Part shown: one piece after another, positions 49,541 to 63,542 of the stretch | Layout of the letters: each line of letters starts with the position of its first letter | Position numbering within the stretch: position 1 is the stretch's first letter | Notes under the pieces: model-generated | Database searches by the model: none | The model's input: the letters and a program-made list of their open reading frames with translations, nothing else | Told to the model about the DNA's origin: nothing | Made by a program: the position numbers and the translations under genes | From: Botryllus schlosseri | Lineage: Eukaryota | Assembly: GCA_051294905.1 (NCBI GenBank) | Contig: CM119372.1 | Coordinates: 4,402,001 to 4,466,000 of the forward strand | Direction: 5' to 3' | Length of the DNA: 64,000 nucleotides

Positions 49541-52500
49541 TGTAGAGGCGTGTGCTTGTGAGTGTTTGCGGATTACTAAATTTAGAAAATGTACAAATCA
49601 ATGTCTAAACCTAGTAATACCTGATAGAAGTTACGTATATTAAGATATATCTAAAATGTTAGTGATCATTCGAAACATCACGACCTGATCTCAAATATAT
49701 TTCGGATTCGCAGAATCCACAGATTCGGTAATTGTTATTGATCATGTTTCTACAACACCTGTCTGTATCGCTAGATGGCGCTACTGTCGCAAGTACCTTG
49801 GTGTAACCCGTAGCTGTCCGCAGTGTACGCAACCGATCAATACAAAGAGAAGTTATTATCACTATCAGGACAAGGTGAAGCAAGTTCACTTCTGATTAAG
49901 ATAAAACGAGTGTCAAGTACTCAAGTAGCTTTGGAAATGTGATTTGTGACGACGATAGGCATAAATACTTGACAGGGATTTCCAACCTGGAGGCATTTTT
50001 CAGCGAGCCCATGAAGAAATTTTCAAAAAATTATCAACTCTATATCTACCCCGCTATAACAAAAGAATTCAATTAAAATATACTAAAAATACTAGTACAG
50101 CAATAAGCAATAATATGAGTTTAGATTTTCCCTCTACCACCAAATCAACAATTAAGACACTATCTTAGCAAGACCAAGCTCAACCATCACATTAACTGAA
50201 TATCTAATGATCATATCTATTGTGTGCTGTATTTATGTCATTTTATCGTTCTAACTACCAGTTACTGTACAAACCATTATTATATTATAAATAACCCTAA
50301 TTTTTCAAAGGGTTGAAAAAATATGGGGGATTTGATTTTACAAATTTTTTAAAGGGTGGCCAAGGTGTAAAAGGTGTTGAGGACTCCTGCTTTACTGCAT
50401 ATCCGATATTAAGAAGATTTAGCGGAAAAGGCTGGAGTTTAACCCGTCCGTCCACAAGCTTCGTATAACATCTAGTTCAGATTATATTATTATATATAAT
50501 GAGTTTTCCAACTCTATTTGAAATGATAAATTCCCGAAAATATTTCAATCGCGGTGTATCGAAATGAAGTATGAATGTTACATTACGGACGAAAATGCAA
50601 CTCTTTCGTTATCAGAGCCGTTGGTTACGCCATAACTACGCGTCCTGGGTGCAAAGAAAAGAGCGATCAACTATAAGTTAACATCGCAGTGAACATTTCT
50701 CAATATGGCGCGCCGTATTCTGGTATTATAATTATGAGGTATGTTATTATGAGCTGACCAGATGAGTTCGCTAGGATACCACGTCTTGTAACTCAAGATA
50801 AATATAGACGCATCCGATTCAAATAACAATCACAGAACACTTTAGCGGGATTAACAGTATAAAAATAGAGAACTGAAGTATTACAGAGAAGGCGTTTTTA
50901 TACGACAGAATTAATAACGATCTCGGTAATCAATTAACAAACAACTTGCGAGTGCATTCAATTCTGATAACGATCGGCATAACACCAGAAACTCCTCGGA
51001 AAATTGCGTTTATCACGTTATCTGACTGCTTTATCTCACCAAAGATTTTTTATATAAACTTCAGTGTGCTATTCTTCCATATCAGTTTGCAACCGTTAAT
51101 ACGTTAAGCTCCATACAGAAACAAGTTTTGACGAGATGGAACGGAGATTAGATTGTAGATAGGAAACGATTGAATAATATAGCGATACCGGCGACAAAAT
51201 AAAATGTAGATTTCACGATTTCATTGAGATTATTTTGGTGCAGGACCAGACACTTTGAAACGGAAGTTTCTTTTTCGTCCTTTACCGGTGAATTGTCAAA
51301 CAATGTACTAGCATGATACATTTTGAAATGAACAGCGAAGTCAAAGGAGCAAAACGAGTCCTACGCCCCTTTCTCGCTAAACCGAGTGCGTGCCAAAGAT
51401 TTTATTTAAAAGGACTACAATACCGTCGATGACGGATTAATTGACTGATAGGAATCTATCTAAAATACACCCGATCTCGTAGATCGAGGATTATAGCGAC
51501 AAAAATGCGCAAGCAAACGTATTGCCGATTTGAGTGACTCGAACGCCCACTCGTCTACGCCCCAATGCGATTTACTAAACGTGTGTAAGGTAGTGTGGAG
51601 CGGGTCGACAAATTCTCTATCCCTACGTCACCAGCGTTGAGTCGACTTTTATCAAAATACACCAACCTAAACTCTGCCAACACAAGGAGTTCGTGTACCA
51701 CCTAAAAATAGTACATTGAACGCTCCTACCATTCGAAATTTCATGCTGGTGACGTCATATTTTGTGATACGATTGTTGATGTACAATGTTCTTTCCAATT
51801 CTCTACTAGTTGCTGACGATTACCCCTGACGAGTGTCAGCCGAAAATATTCGGGTCCATTTCAATATGAATATACTATTCAATTGTATATTGACTAATGA
51901 TTGAAATAATGCAAACAGGACATTAAAAACTTGACGATCAAACCCAACCCTTATCTGAAGTAATTATGCCAACTTGGACTTAGCATGTGGTTTATTTCCA
52001 TGAACGTTTCACTTTAACTATTTATTCGAGGGTGGAAGAGGGTAAGGTTGTCATATTTTTAGTAAAAAGTATTGATCCGGCTCTGGCAAAAATGAGAAAA
52101 TCCCGCCGGATATCCAATCCGGCTCCGGTCTCTGCTCCGCCCTGGCCCCACAAGGTATCGGTGCTGGCTCAAAAATCCGATGTCTGCCAGGCTCACGACA
52201 TCATAACAGTAATGACTTGAAAAGTCAAATTCGTATCATTTTTGCGGCTACAAGGAAAATGATGACTGCCACATGAACATTCACAACATTTTGTAATTCT
52301 GGACCATGATTATTTCGTAGCACTCCGTGACCATCACTGGTCGATCACTACTTGACAGAATAAAGTTCCATGAATATTCTTAGCCTTGTGTAACACGTTT
52401 TTCGTTGCTGAAATACGATCAATTGAGGTTTCGAGGCAAAAACGTTGGAAATAAAGTATTTTCGTTGATAAAACATTACTCATAGTGTCAAAGCGTACAT

Positions 52501-55500
52501 ATTGGGTACTGGAAAAATCGACTCGAATTATTAAAAATGATACCTAAAACAACAAACAAGTCACAGAATGACTTATTGTTTGCACGATGGAATCGACTAT
52601 AATTTGGAGTTTCACCCAACTATTGCTACCGATATTCTGCTGACCTGTCGCCAACAGTTCGTACTGGCCCATTTTTATAATGTCTGCCTTGAGATTTTAA
52701 AGTTAAACGGTAGCACAGTGTCAGCGTAATTTTCAAGAATCAGCCCGGAAAAGCTCACTCGGCCGCAACTTTCGCGAGCTTGTGACGTCATAGAGGTCTC
52801 AGGGGTGCGCTATCTGAAGAGTAAATGTTGACATTTGTCTCGCTTATCGAGCACTTTGCCGCAATGACGCACATTTCAACATTTTCAAGTGCTATTTGTT
52901 AACTTATCTGCTAGGACGATAATGAAGGATATCGGTGTAGTTCCGTGGCGCGTGATTTAGATTTCTAACGCTAAGATCGTACATTAGCTGTGGGAGGTAT
53001 TATAATAATCACAAGTGCCAATATTAATCAGTGCTATTACATGAAATCGCCAGTCACTTTTTCGACATGCGACCCATTTTGGATGCAAGATGCAACGAAA
53101 TGTGCAAAAACGCATGGAGGATATATATGCGGCGTAGCGTAACTGCAATTGACATCAAAAGAACCCGTATCCAAAAATGTGGGTTACGAGACTCAGATGA
53201 CCCTACCCATGACCCTAACCCCTATTACTAACACACATTGTACAATGTCGCGTTAGAGCTTGGTTCAATCGATTTCTTGGATTCGTGGACATAAATTTGA
53301 CATATATCTGGGTATGTTATGTAGTATATGCCAATGTTGCGTATATATATTATGAGATTACTTTTGTTGATTGCGCAGCGTAATATCGAATCGTGACTTA
53401 TAATATGTTACTAAGCGATACCCCGACAAGTCCCGACAGGCTTATAACTGCGATTTTGTGCATAGTTTCTTCCCTTTCTATAGCAATGGCGTGGTTATCC
53501 AAATTCCGATGCTTGCGGAAGCTCGATTTAGCCGTGACTTGACCTATATGCAGCTTGTAACGGGTTCAGTTTATTAATAAAATAATATCATTTCCGCATC
53601 TTGAATCGGTCGATTTTGTTACCTCCGGCTTGCGACGCCTCGCGACAAACGCCGTGCTGTGGTGGGTCATTTAGATTGCATATTATTATGACTACTTCTA
53701 ATGTTAGTGTTTACCTGTGACAGGTATAGGTTGAATGAGGGTGTTCAGTGTACACTACCTTTATATTAGCGTTCGCCGGATTATCGTGAGGACTGTATGT
53801 TATTCTAGGCTGCAAGTACCGTTCTTGAATCAGATGTAGGCTTTGAAACGTATCGACTTTTCGTCTTGAGTTGACAGGTCAAGCCTGTAGTGAAGTGCGT
53901 CCTTGTAATTAGATCACTCATATTACGATGTCCGTTGATGCGGGTTGAATCTACCTCGAGGTCTATATTTAGAGTTTGCTTCAATGTTGTGAAATCCTGT
54001 AATTCTATATTAACGGCCGTTGATTCAAATTCTTTGCGCATCGCCGTAATAGGACCTAGCCGTCACCTCGCGCCCCGTAATTGCAGGCCGTAAACAGGGA
54101 TATCTAGTCTAGATATCCCTGGCCCTAAACGACACATACGGTAGGCTAATACTTATAGTGCAACGTCCCTGATATAGCTAACCTAGGCTTAACTGGAACT
54201 GCGCCGTATTCCCGGTTCAGAAAAATTGCGTCCCTTCGTGATTACAACCAGCAAGTCCAGACCATAGACGCGGTAGATGATTCCGAATAACAGCCAAGTA
54301 GTAGACCTCGGAAAACAAACTCCGCCTTTGAACGGTGGAGGGCGCGAACAATCCCGGTAACACCAGCCAGGATCAGGTCAATGATGAAACAATGTGCTTA
54401 CCAGGGCTTTACAGTGTCAAGAAGCTTGCAACTATAGGATAGGTAACTAACCTATGATAAATTAGAAGTAGTTTAGTATCTATCTTGAGACACGAGAATA
54501 AGGATTAATGCTATCGCCACTGTTCAGTAACTCTGTGACATAAAGACATAAATCAAGTTGGTGGGCTATACTATAGAAACAGAGACGAATTTACAATGAT
54601 TCGGAAATCATTTCAAATGCAAATACATCACTAGTCCGTGATCAATTTTATATTATGCCTGCGTGATTGACCTTTCGAACCAGACCGTTAATCGTTAAAA
54701 TGGCATGCGTTTGCGGATACAACTTGTAAGCTGTTTCCCCAAACAACATTGTTATCGTTGGACCTGGATTAAGGAAAATTCTGATTCGGGTCGATACCAA
54801 ATAAAATTAGCTAGGTAAGAAAATAAGTTTTGATAAACTGTGCGGTTAAATGTGATTTCTCAGTCACGATGGAGCACTGTTCAAAGATACTAAATTGGTT
54901 GTAAGATCCTCACGCCTTTAAGTGGATCCATCCGTCTTTTCCAAGCGGCTGCCATCTCTGTGCGAACCAGGAAGCATTCGCTCGAACTGGGATATGATAT
55001 TGTCCTGCTATATGCTGACGGAATCAAACACAGCAGGAATTTATCAACTGTCCTTCATACTGGTTATTGTAATTATGAACATAACCGCCTAATTCTTTGT
55101 CTGGTCCGACGACTCGCGCCTGGCGTGTTAGTCACGAAATCACACGATGCTATCGCTATGCAAACCAAGTGAGTATTTGACCGAGTCAAATTATTTATAG
55201 ATTCCAGGATATCCGTCCGCTATAGTTTATATTCTTGGTGTCATTGTGACATCGCTTCAGCGCGCATCATCGTGACTCGTGCAATAAATCAGAATTCGTT
55301 TTGATTTTCAAGGGCACGCGTGAGGTATTTGGTGGTACTGAATCCACGGGGAAACAAATGGATAACGGCAAGGTGACCGGGTGCTGTGAATATAGCCTTA
55401 ATTCGAGGTTGACGACTTATCGTGTGCTGTGCACATAGCGAATTGTAGACATTTGTTACTAATTTCATCATTCCCAGCTAACCGTGCGTGGTTGTTTATT

Positions 55501-56275
55501 CTTATCATGCGCGAACGATAAATTGCCGAGGGCATGCTGCGTAATTTTAGCTATTTTGTAACGAAATTTGCTGCGTGCAAGCGTAGAATACATTGTGCAT
55601 AATAATTCAGCAATCGATCTAATTCGAGTGTGCCTCGGTCATCAGAAATCAGGAATCGCATGAAGTCTCAAATCAGTGTTTGCTTGCTGATCAATTTGTC
55701 ACCGACAATAGTAAAATATTCAGAATTTAATTACTAGCAATCACAGGCGAAGCCTGCATTTTTCGGGAAACTTCCAAGCGCATATGCGTCAATCATGTCG
55801 TGCGACACGAACATTTTGTAAAGCAACGTCAGGAGTAATATTGGAAATAATTGTGACATTATTGTGATGTCCCAAATTTGAGCTGTACCCAGACAGATTC
55901 CGCAGCCTTTTTGGGCTCATCAGCGGTGGCACGGGTGATTTACTCGTATATACTCGATCCAATCGCATCACTTTCAAATAACTGCATTTATGCTCGCGAT
56001 TTAAAATCACCCCTACCCCCATTTTCTTCCGGTTTCACATCTGTTTTCGTACATGAGACTTTTGGTTTCACAATCATGGTCATCGTTTTGGTGTCTTATA
56101 AAGCGGTGGCTCTTAACCCCTTTGCTAGCGCGGATCCCTAAAGTTCTTTTGGGTGGTTGCGTGGATTCTCTAACCGCAAAATTTGAGAAGCTAAAGACTG
56201 AAGAAATTGTCATGCCTTTCACCCAGACCTCGTCACAGCCTGATCACCAGATGGAGTGTAATTACTAGTGTTGAT

Positions 56276-56792
56276 TAGGGCTCTTCAAAAATGACTTTTT
56301 TTCTCAAATCGCACTGGCTACTTGATACAATTGTTAGGTTACCTAATTTAAGCCTACACACCAAATTTGGCTCAATTCCAACCAGTAGCCGCATTGCTAC
56401 AGGAGAAAAAAGTTTCTATTTATTATATAAAAATAAATAACAAAAAATTTGAAAATTTTCTGTTCACCCCATGAAAGTGTTAGGTTGTCTATAGAAACGA
56501 TGATCACCAAATTTGGTTCAATTCCAAACAGTGGAAGCGGAGTTATTGCCGTCGAAAAATTTGGATTTGAATAAATTAGTATTTACGGTGGGCTCCACTA
56601 TAATAAATAATTAAAGAATTGGTCACCGTAAATACTATTTTATTCATAATCTAAATTTTTCGACGGCAATAACTCCGCTTCCACTGGTTGAAATTGAACC
56701 AAATTTGGTATGTAGGCTTAAATTAGGTAACCTAACAATTTTATCAAGTAGCCAGTACGATTTGAGAAAAAAGTCATTTTTAAAGAGCCCTA
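56276..56792. mobile_element. 517-bp hAT MITE (TAGGGCTC ends, ~100-bp TIRs, internal secondary palindrome)
   Basis: TIR TAGGGCTCTTCAAAAATGACTTTTTT; TSD gtgttgat / gtgctgat (7/8); inner inverted repeat at ~56505-56710. Confidence 0.9.
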
Positions 56793-59700
56793 GTGCTGAT
56801 ATCGTCGGTGAGGCTATTGTGACCCGCGGCGAGCATTGGAAAGAAAGGACATAAGACAAGAAACAAGGACAATGAAGTTTTGTATAGCTGTAATTTCAAC
56901 AGGTCCCCTCAAACTAAATTGCGGACCCCCGTATCGTGGCTCTATTCTGCCAAATGACTGACCTCTTTTGTGCCTCTATATCGAACATAAATACCACCCC
57001 ACAAATACCATACCAATACCAACTCATTTTCTTCCGGTTTCGCACCTGTTTTTTTTTCTTTCTTATATTTGATATTCTTTGTATAGGGATCACACTGCAC
57101 AATTATTGCTTTGGTGTATTTAAAAGGGAAGTGCTTAGTGCTTTACGAATTCCATCATATCTTTATCATGGCACAATTTTAGCGATAGACGGACCCTTAT
57201 AACATACATGAGTTTTCGGGCCTCAATCGAACATAAATCTTCAACCGTTTTGTTTGCATAAGGTGTAGGCCATGCTTACTGGATACTGGACCCTCCTTCA
57301 TCGCGTGCATGCGTACCGGCACATAGCGGACTTCTACCTATACTTAAATCGCTGGTTGTACAGTATAACACAACGCAAACGCATACATACAGGTGTTTGC
57401 AGCTGAGCATATGTAACGCCACTTCAAATTCTTGGAATAGGCGTTGCGATTGTTAGAATCTCATATCCCGACCACAGGAATGCACCGAATAACCGCATTC
57501 GAAAACCCTCATCTCTTCATCGCTAGGCCATTGTCACCTTTGTGACCTTTATGACGTCGAGCGCCTTGTGTTCGTTGCGGTTGTTCATTCCCAAAATAGA
57601 ACCTTCACTCAATGGGCAATCATAACAATTTCGGACTTCTCCAAATAAATATCACGGCGCACTGATTCACCCGCTGCCGCGAATAATTCGCTGTTGAGAT
57701 CGCGCTTGAGCCTGCGGAGTTCTGAAAAAAAATGACACCTCATCGATACTCGAGGGCTGGTTAATGACTGGATGACAATGGCGTACGTTATTAACTCACA
57801 ATGGTAATCGCGCGATATGCCGCTCCAGTGTCGAGGAGAAATGATTTATTCGAGTCTCGGGGATTTACACAAAATTCAGCGTGAGTTGCAACTTGAACTG
57901 CCTGTGGGTTGTAACAGCCGCTGCGAAGCGCAAGTTTTCACCCCGTGAAGGCTAGATTATCCTTAAATTCCGCTGTAATGGTCCACGGCCGTGGACTGCT
58001 ATGGATATCGTATTCTATCTCAAAATTGTTGTAATCAAAATCGGAGGATTGTGTAATCTAGCGATCGCCCAGTTGCAGATTTCAAACTCAACTCTACATA
58101 AATTCGATCCAAAATGTGTCGGTCTCACACGTACACTGCTGGTTTCTGTTTTCAGAAATGGCGTGCCTCGTTAGAGTCGTTACTCGTCCTGTATCAAGAA
58201 GATATAATGTTTGGTTACAGCTTTCCCGTCACTAGGCAGACAAACTCTATATTTCTGTGTCCTGATGTAGGTTGACTTTACGTATTGGATGACGTCACAT
58301 TGATAGGAGAATGGGAGAATGGCTCTCTTTGACACTGCTTGAGATGCATCTGGCTCCATTCCCAGGTGCTGGAAACGATAAGACGCTATCGTGCTCAATG
58401 AGCAACACCGATTATATACGCTTGGCTATTATACTCCATTCCAAACAAATTCTAGTCATGAAGAATGACGACCGCGAGCATATATTTCAATTCAGAAATA
58501 TCTGCGGTCGGCTACTACGAATTATTTCGTTCTAGAATCTAGATGTTGACAGGTAGCTAGTAACAACGCAATTACGTAACTAACTGAACTAAAAGAGAAA
58601 GCGCCGATACTGCTGCCGTAAGCCACGATGACCCTCTAAAAAAGCACCCTGTCATTCAATCTCCCGACTCCTTGTATCAAAATGCTGACAACAGAATGCA
58701 TTTCGCCGATCAATTGAGCGTGGTATTATAGCTAGTTAATTTTCCTTGCGTTTCACCCATTTCCAACTCTCGAGGGAACTGCTGTGAGTCATTGAGACTT
58801 CCCCGCACTATGCAGTTGATATAAACCATAGGAGACAGGTGATGACCCAAAATTCTGAAATTTATGGTGTAAGTAAATTCTGCTATCGTCCAAGAGATTC
58901 TCGTATTTCATGCGCGAATGTCATACTTCGACAAATATTGAATTAAGAATTTTCTTTTTACATTATAATTTTTGTCAGACTACAAACCTAAGAACTGTCG
59001 TGCACCTTGCGAAAATATGTAGCGGAAATATATGTGAAACTATAGGAGAAATGGAAATGTAAGACAGCTCATCGTGACCAACATTGTTTTATTTTTCAAC
59101 ACCCGTTTTCAAGTAGGTTAATTTCTGAAAAGGCCCATGTCGCAACTAAAATTTGATAAGTCCAGTGAATAGAAACATCCTTAGTGGAAACGACATTGGA
59201 CGGTGATAACTTTAAAAGAGATTGTGTTTTTTCGGTGACACATTTCGGTTTTGAGGCGACGTACGGTGTATAAGTCGCTGATGCATTGATTTACTTGTAA
59301 GACTCAAGCAGTGGCCACACGTTGCCTAGAATCTAGTTTTCAGTCGCGTATAACTGTGTCAGAAATATGTCTTAAATGTGCAGTCGGAAATATGTCTTAA
59401 ATATGCAGTCGGCTGTGCGCTTAATTTGGGCACAACGCATTCAAAATACGGTACTGTTGCGTAATAAATCAATTGTAACTGCGCAATATTACAGTAGTTG
59501 ACACAGATAGCATAACACGCACATTAGTTTACCTTCTGGTTAGTCTCATTGTACAGTATTTTCAATACAAAATCATTCAGCAAAAACTGTGTGCTGTAGT
59601 ACTGTGAAATACACGCAGCATATACGGGTGAAATAGTACTTTTCGATATCCAACCAACGTAACTAACTGCCGAACTGTCAAGGATGCGTCTTTACTGTTT

Positions 59701-59929
59701 CTTTACTTTAGTGAGCATAATTTCACTTTTTCTGCTAAACTTCCCTATACCACTCTGTATCACATGGTGCACGCAATTGTACCAATTAAAAGCGACTATG
59801 ATGCCGTCACGGCCGTGTATAAGGTCATTGTTGATGTTACTGCATAGATCGTCATTGTTTCACTGTAATCTTTCACCTAGTCTTAAAATGAATGAAGTAC
59901 TGTTTATTGTGACACATCCTAACGATAGG

Positions 59930-60065
59930 AATTGCGACCATGTGTCCGAATTAAGCGGATAATTGATTTAGGTGCAATTTTTTTTTATCCGTTACTGGAC
60001 GTTTCAGCCGAATAAAGCGGTTGTCCGAGTTATCCGGTGTCCAAATTAAGTGGGGTCGACGGTAT
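59930..60065 (-). mobile_element. Tigger/pogo-like MITE end fragment
   Basis: Minus strand TA|CCGTCGACCCCACTTAATTTGGACACCGGATAACTCGGAC with repeated gtccga.ttaag/atccgg subterminal motifs. Confidence 0.45.
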
Positions 60066-61272
60066 GTGTTTTGTTTAAGTTTCCAGCTATTGTAAGAGGC
60101 AATTAGAGATTTGATTATAATGCAGATGATTGTCTCTAGTCTGATTAGCGTCTCGAAGTCGGGCGATTTGTTCATTATTCCCATTTTCTGTCCTTTATCA
60201 GAATTACAGCGCTATAAATAGACTTTCCATTTATAGTCCGCCGCGACTATATTTAGCTTTCATTTCGACCAAAATTAGAGTCAGATGTATACCGAAGAAT
60301 GTTATATCAAATATTTCTAACAATGCTCCGTACCTCTTTCGGTATAGCGTCTATTATGTCATGTCAGGGTGCGATGGCGCAATTTGTGGCGCATGTGGCC
60401 TTTGGTCTAATTCCATACGATCGCATGAATCGTATGATATAGCTACATTATGATCAAGTCACATACATGTTGGAGATTATGACCTGAAATTCTGCGTTTT
60501 AGTCACACATCACTGATGAAAATAAGGCTATGCGTCTATTGATAGGTAGGAAACACTGACTTCATAGGATATACACCTAAAATAGCTTTCACCAAATGTA
60601 GTACATGTTACTAATTTTTACATCCGGCGAAGTCGCTAGAATTCGCGCATGTTTTGGCTAGCGAGAACTGGTGTAGTCCCTAGTTCGATAATGAAGTTCT
60701 TAAAAATCTTAATTTTGGTCCGATTGGGTTTCACTTATTCACGACGCCATTGATTTCTAAAATTCATTATTGCATAAGTGTGGTCATGAGGTTGCATTCT
60801 TTTTAGGGATGCATTTCTATCTGATGCGTCACATATAGATCTCAATACGTACTGCACATGAAGTTTCGTATTTTGACTCTTATTTAGACTGTTGCAAGCG
60901 CGTGACAAATTCAGTAGGGATTATTCGAATATTTATAGTAGCATTGGTTGGTTTTAGTAGTTTTTTGCGTTGTTTATAGTACTGCGATAAGGTTATAGCC
61001 TGGCGGGTATGCCGCGAACAAATCAAATGCATAGTATGCCGCGCCACGAGTAACTAACCAGAAAACGAGAGACCGGCATATTGAATGACTTCATTCAGAT
61101 CACTGAAGCGTGTCTCGATCTGAGAGAATCAGTTCATTCATTAGAAGTCGGTATCTGCGTTGCCCAGATCACTGTGTGTAGCGTCTTCGCTTGTGCGGAG
61201 CTAACCTTTGGAAGCTTCGGTTACTCTTATTTATTTGCCTATTTATTGAAAGTTACTGTAGAAAAACTATTT

Positions 61273-61335
61273 ATGAAGTTAGCGAGACCAAAATACAAAA
61301 GATTGGAGAATATGGTTCAAACGTGCGGATGCAAG
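61273..61335 (+). CDS. DGKB: Candidate alternative start exon for a short DGK isoform (MKLARPKYKRLENMVQTCGCK)
   Basis: ATG at 61273, 21 open codons, donor AAG|GTGAGC in phase 0 matching exon 63425. Inr-like TCAGTT at 61129 with no ATG between it and 61273. Confidence 0.6.
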
Positions 61336-62723
61336 GTGAGCATAAGCGTAGAGGCTGTACTCATTTACGAGTCGCGCAAATCAATTAGCAAGTTAATGAC
61401 TCTGCGAATAAGTCAATCTTGATGCTGTGCTAAAGGTGTACTGCATGTAAAATTACTTCTTCAGTGAACGACGGAAGGCGATAAATTCTTTTTAGCGGCA
61501 TACATTATAGCCAGCGTCTTGTATGCGATTATGTTGACACTATACAATGTGTATTGTTTAGACTCGTATAACATTGCAACGTTATCGTTAGATGTCGGCT
61601 TAGGCTTTTTAAATAACTAGGTCACTCTCTCTTAGGCCCGTTGAAGTATTTTTGTATGCGGAGAGAATCTTTGGAGTTATAGAACTTCACAGCATACAAT
61701 TTGGTAGTATATTCATATTGAAATAAAACTGATACTCGTTAGCAACTCGTAGATAATTAAAAAGAACATTGTATGTCAACAATCGTATCACCAAATATTT
61801 TAGTATTTCTTGTACGTAATGCACATGTTAGAAGAACCAGATAGTTCGCTGCCTGCACTATGTAGTCTATACAGGGTATGATGTATTGTTACTACCGCTG
61901 TAAGTACATGAGTTATTTTGTTGTGATGTTGCGATACTGCTTTTCTCACATCCACAGTATACTCACGCATGCGTCAAACGATATCTATAGGCAAAGGAGA
62001 TTACGATGCGACACGCTATATCTTCGGATTTCGTATATTGTGGGGGTTTGATCGAAATAATACTTTCTCCTGAGATGATTTTGAATTTGTAGGCGGCGAT
62101 TAGTATTGTACGCTAAACGAGTGTTCAAATATTACGAAACGCGGTATTCATTCGTTTCGCCGTTGTCTTAACCTTAAGCTATTGTTTCCGAGTTATCATA
62201 GGCCAGGCCTAACCTTTATCGCCGGAACAATGTGAAGTCTATGGGTACATCATCTGCTGTCCGAAGTCCAAACTCGTATGGTTAAATCTGTCTTCAACAT
62301 TCAGAGTAATATTTATTGACCTCTGTGTGGGAGAATGAACTCCGTTTTGGTACAATATCTTGGAGTCGGCATTGTATATTCAAATTTCATCACCGAAAAT
62401 TCCCTCGCCGAAAATTGTAGACAGTGTCTAGATTTGGTTTTTCTAAAAGGAAATAAACGCAACTGATTCTCCTCTAAGCGGTCGAAGATTGGCCGCGGCG
62501 TACCGTAAGTGCGAAATTGGGTTATTACGCGTCTTTAGAGTTGAGGTAATGATCGGTTGCCAGCTGATTTCTACCATAAAACAATGAACTCGCTGTTTTA
62601 ATGATACGGCCGTGTTGATTTTACGTTTGCACACAATTATTCAACGTCTGGTGCACGGGCTGTTGGAAATCGTCATTGATAAATTCGTCACCATCCATCA
62701 CATAAAGCAACTTATATCAGATC

Positions 62724-62832
62724 AACACAGCACTGCATTTCAGATAATGTATATACTTCCCGCTGTGACATAAATTGTAGAAGCACAGCATTTCAGATAC
62801 TGTATATACTTCCCGCTATGATGTAAATTGTA
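62724..62832 (+). repeat. Two-copy ~50-bp tandem repeat
   Basis: gcatttcagata.tgtatatacttcccgct.tga..taaattgta occurs twice. Confidence 0.75.
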
Positions 62833-63424
62833 AAGTGTAACGGATACGCGTGTGTATTTTTAAACTGTATCGCTGTGTTAACGTCACGCTGACGTTTTTC
62901 CTTTATGTCAATGGGCTAGATAGCAGCGATACTCTGTCGTCTGAATTGGTTTCAATCAAAGCCGGTTACTGCTTGGTAGCAAGCGAAATCAGTACGCAGC
63001 TAGCCGACAATGTCACATTTGCTTTACGAATAACGTAAAATTTGCATGCTATTTCCACCCATGGTCTTCGCCTTCGAAAACACTTTCGGGTATGTTTTTA
63101 AAATCGGAATGGCGATGGTTATATTGTTGCTGGCGCGTAGCGCAACTAACTGGTCAAAATCAGCCGGCTGTCACACATCAGGAGTATTTTTAGACGTTCT
63201 TTGTTATTTTACGCGAGGTGTTATCATTCTTCTCCTTGTGTGTAAACCCAAGGGTCGATTATGCACCAGACAAAGATTCCACGTACTGTTTTTGTCTTGG
63301 TATCGTATGAAGCGCATCTCTCTTTTGAAGGTTGCACGGTCCATGTCCAAAATTCACCGCGTTATATAATTACGATGCGATGCAACTTACCGGGGCCCTT
63401 TTTTATTCGTGTCATGTTTTCCAG

Positions 63425-63542
63425 AATATAAAAGACGACGGAACACATTCTTGGCGAATGAAACACTTCACTTCGCCCGCCTATTGCAACTACTGTCTCA
63501 ACATGCTCGTGGGCGTCGGGAAACAAGGCCTGTGTTGCACTT
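63425..63542 (+). CDS. DGKB: DGK C1a zinc-finger exon ([39 protein letters not shown]+F)
   Basis: Acceptor catgttttccag; donor T|GTAAGT (phase 1). H-x12-C-x2-C spacing and the motif [28 protein letters not shown]. Confidence 0.97.

Larger units (their letters stand above)
3911..61795. repeat. Family A long-TIR MITE, ~17 dispersed copies or arms (span shown)
   Basis: Core tattcatattgaaat.aacccgaatattttcggctgacactcgtcaggggtaatcgtcagcaactagtagagaattggaaagaac at ~3911, 12955, 19990, 21385, 27130, 28290, 28985, 31075, 31690, 32200, 37400, 40950, 42790, 43310, 44575, 51720 and 61655; several copies are two-armed fold-backs. Confidence 0.9.

Noticed and set aside
53200-53230. ccctaacccc telomere-like motif
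   Set aside because: Only one or two degenerate units; not an array.
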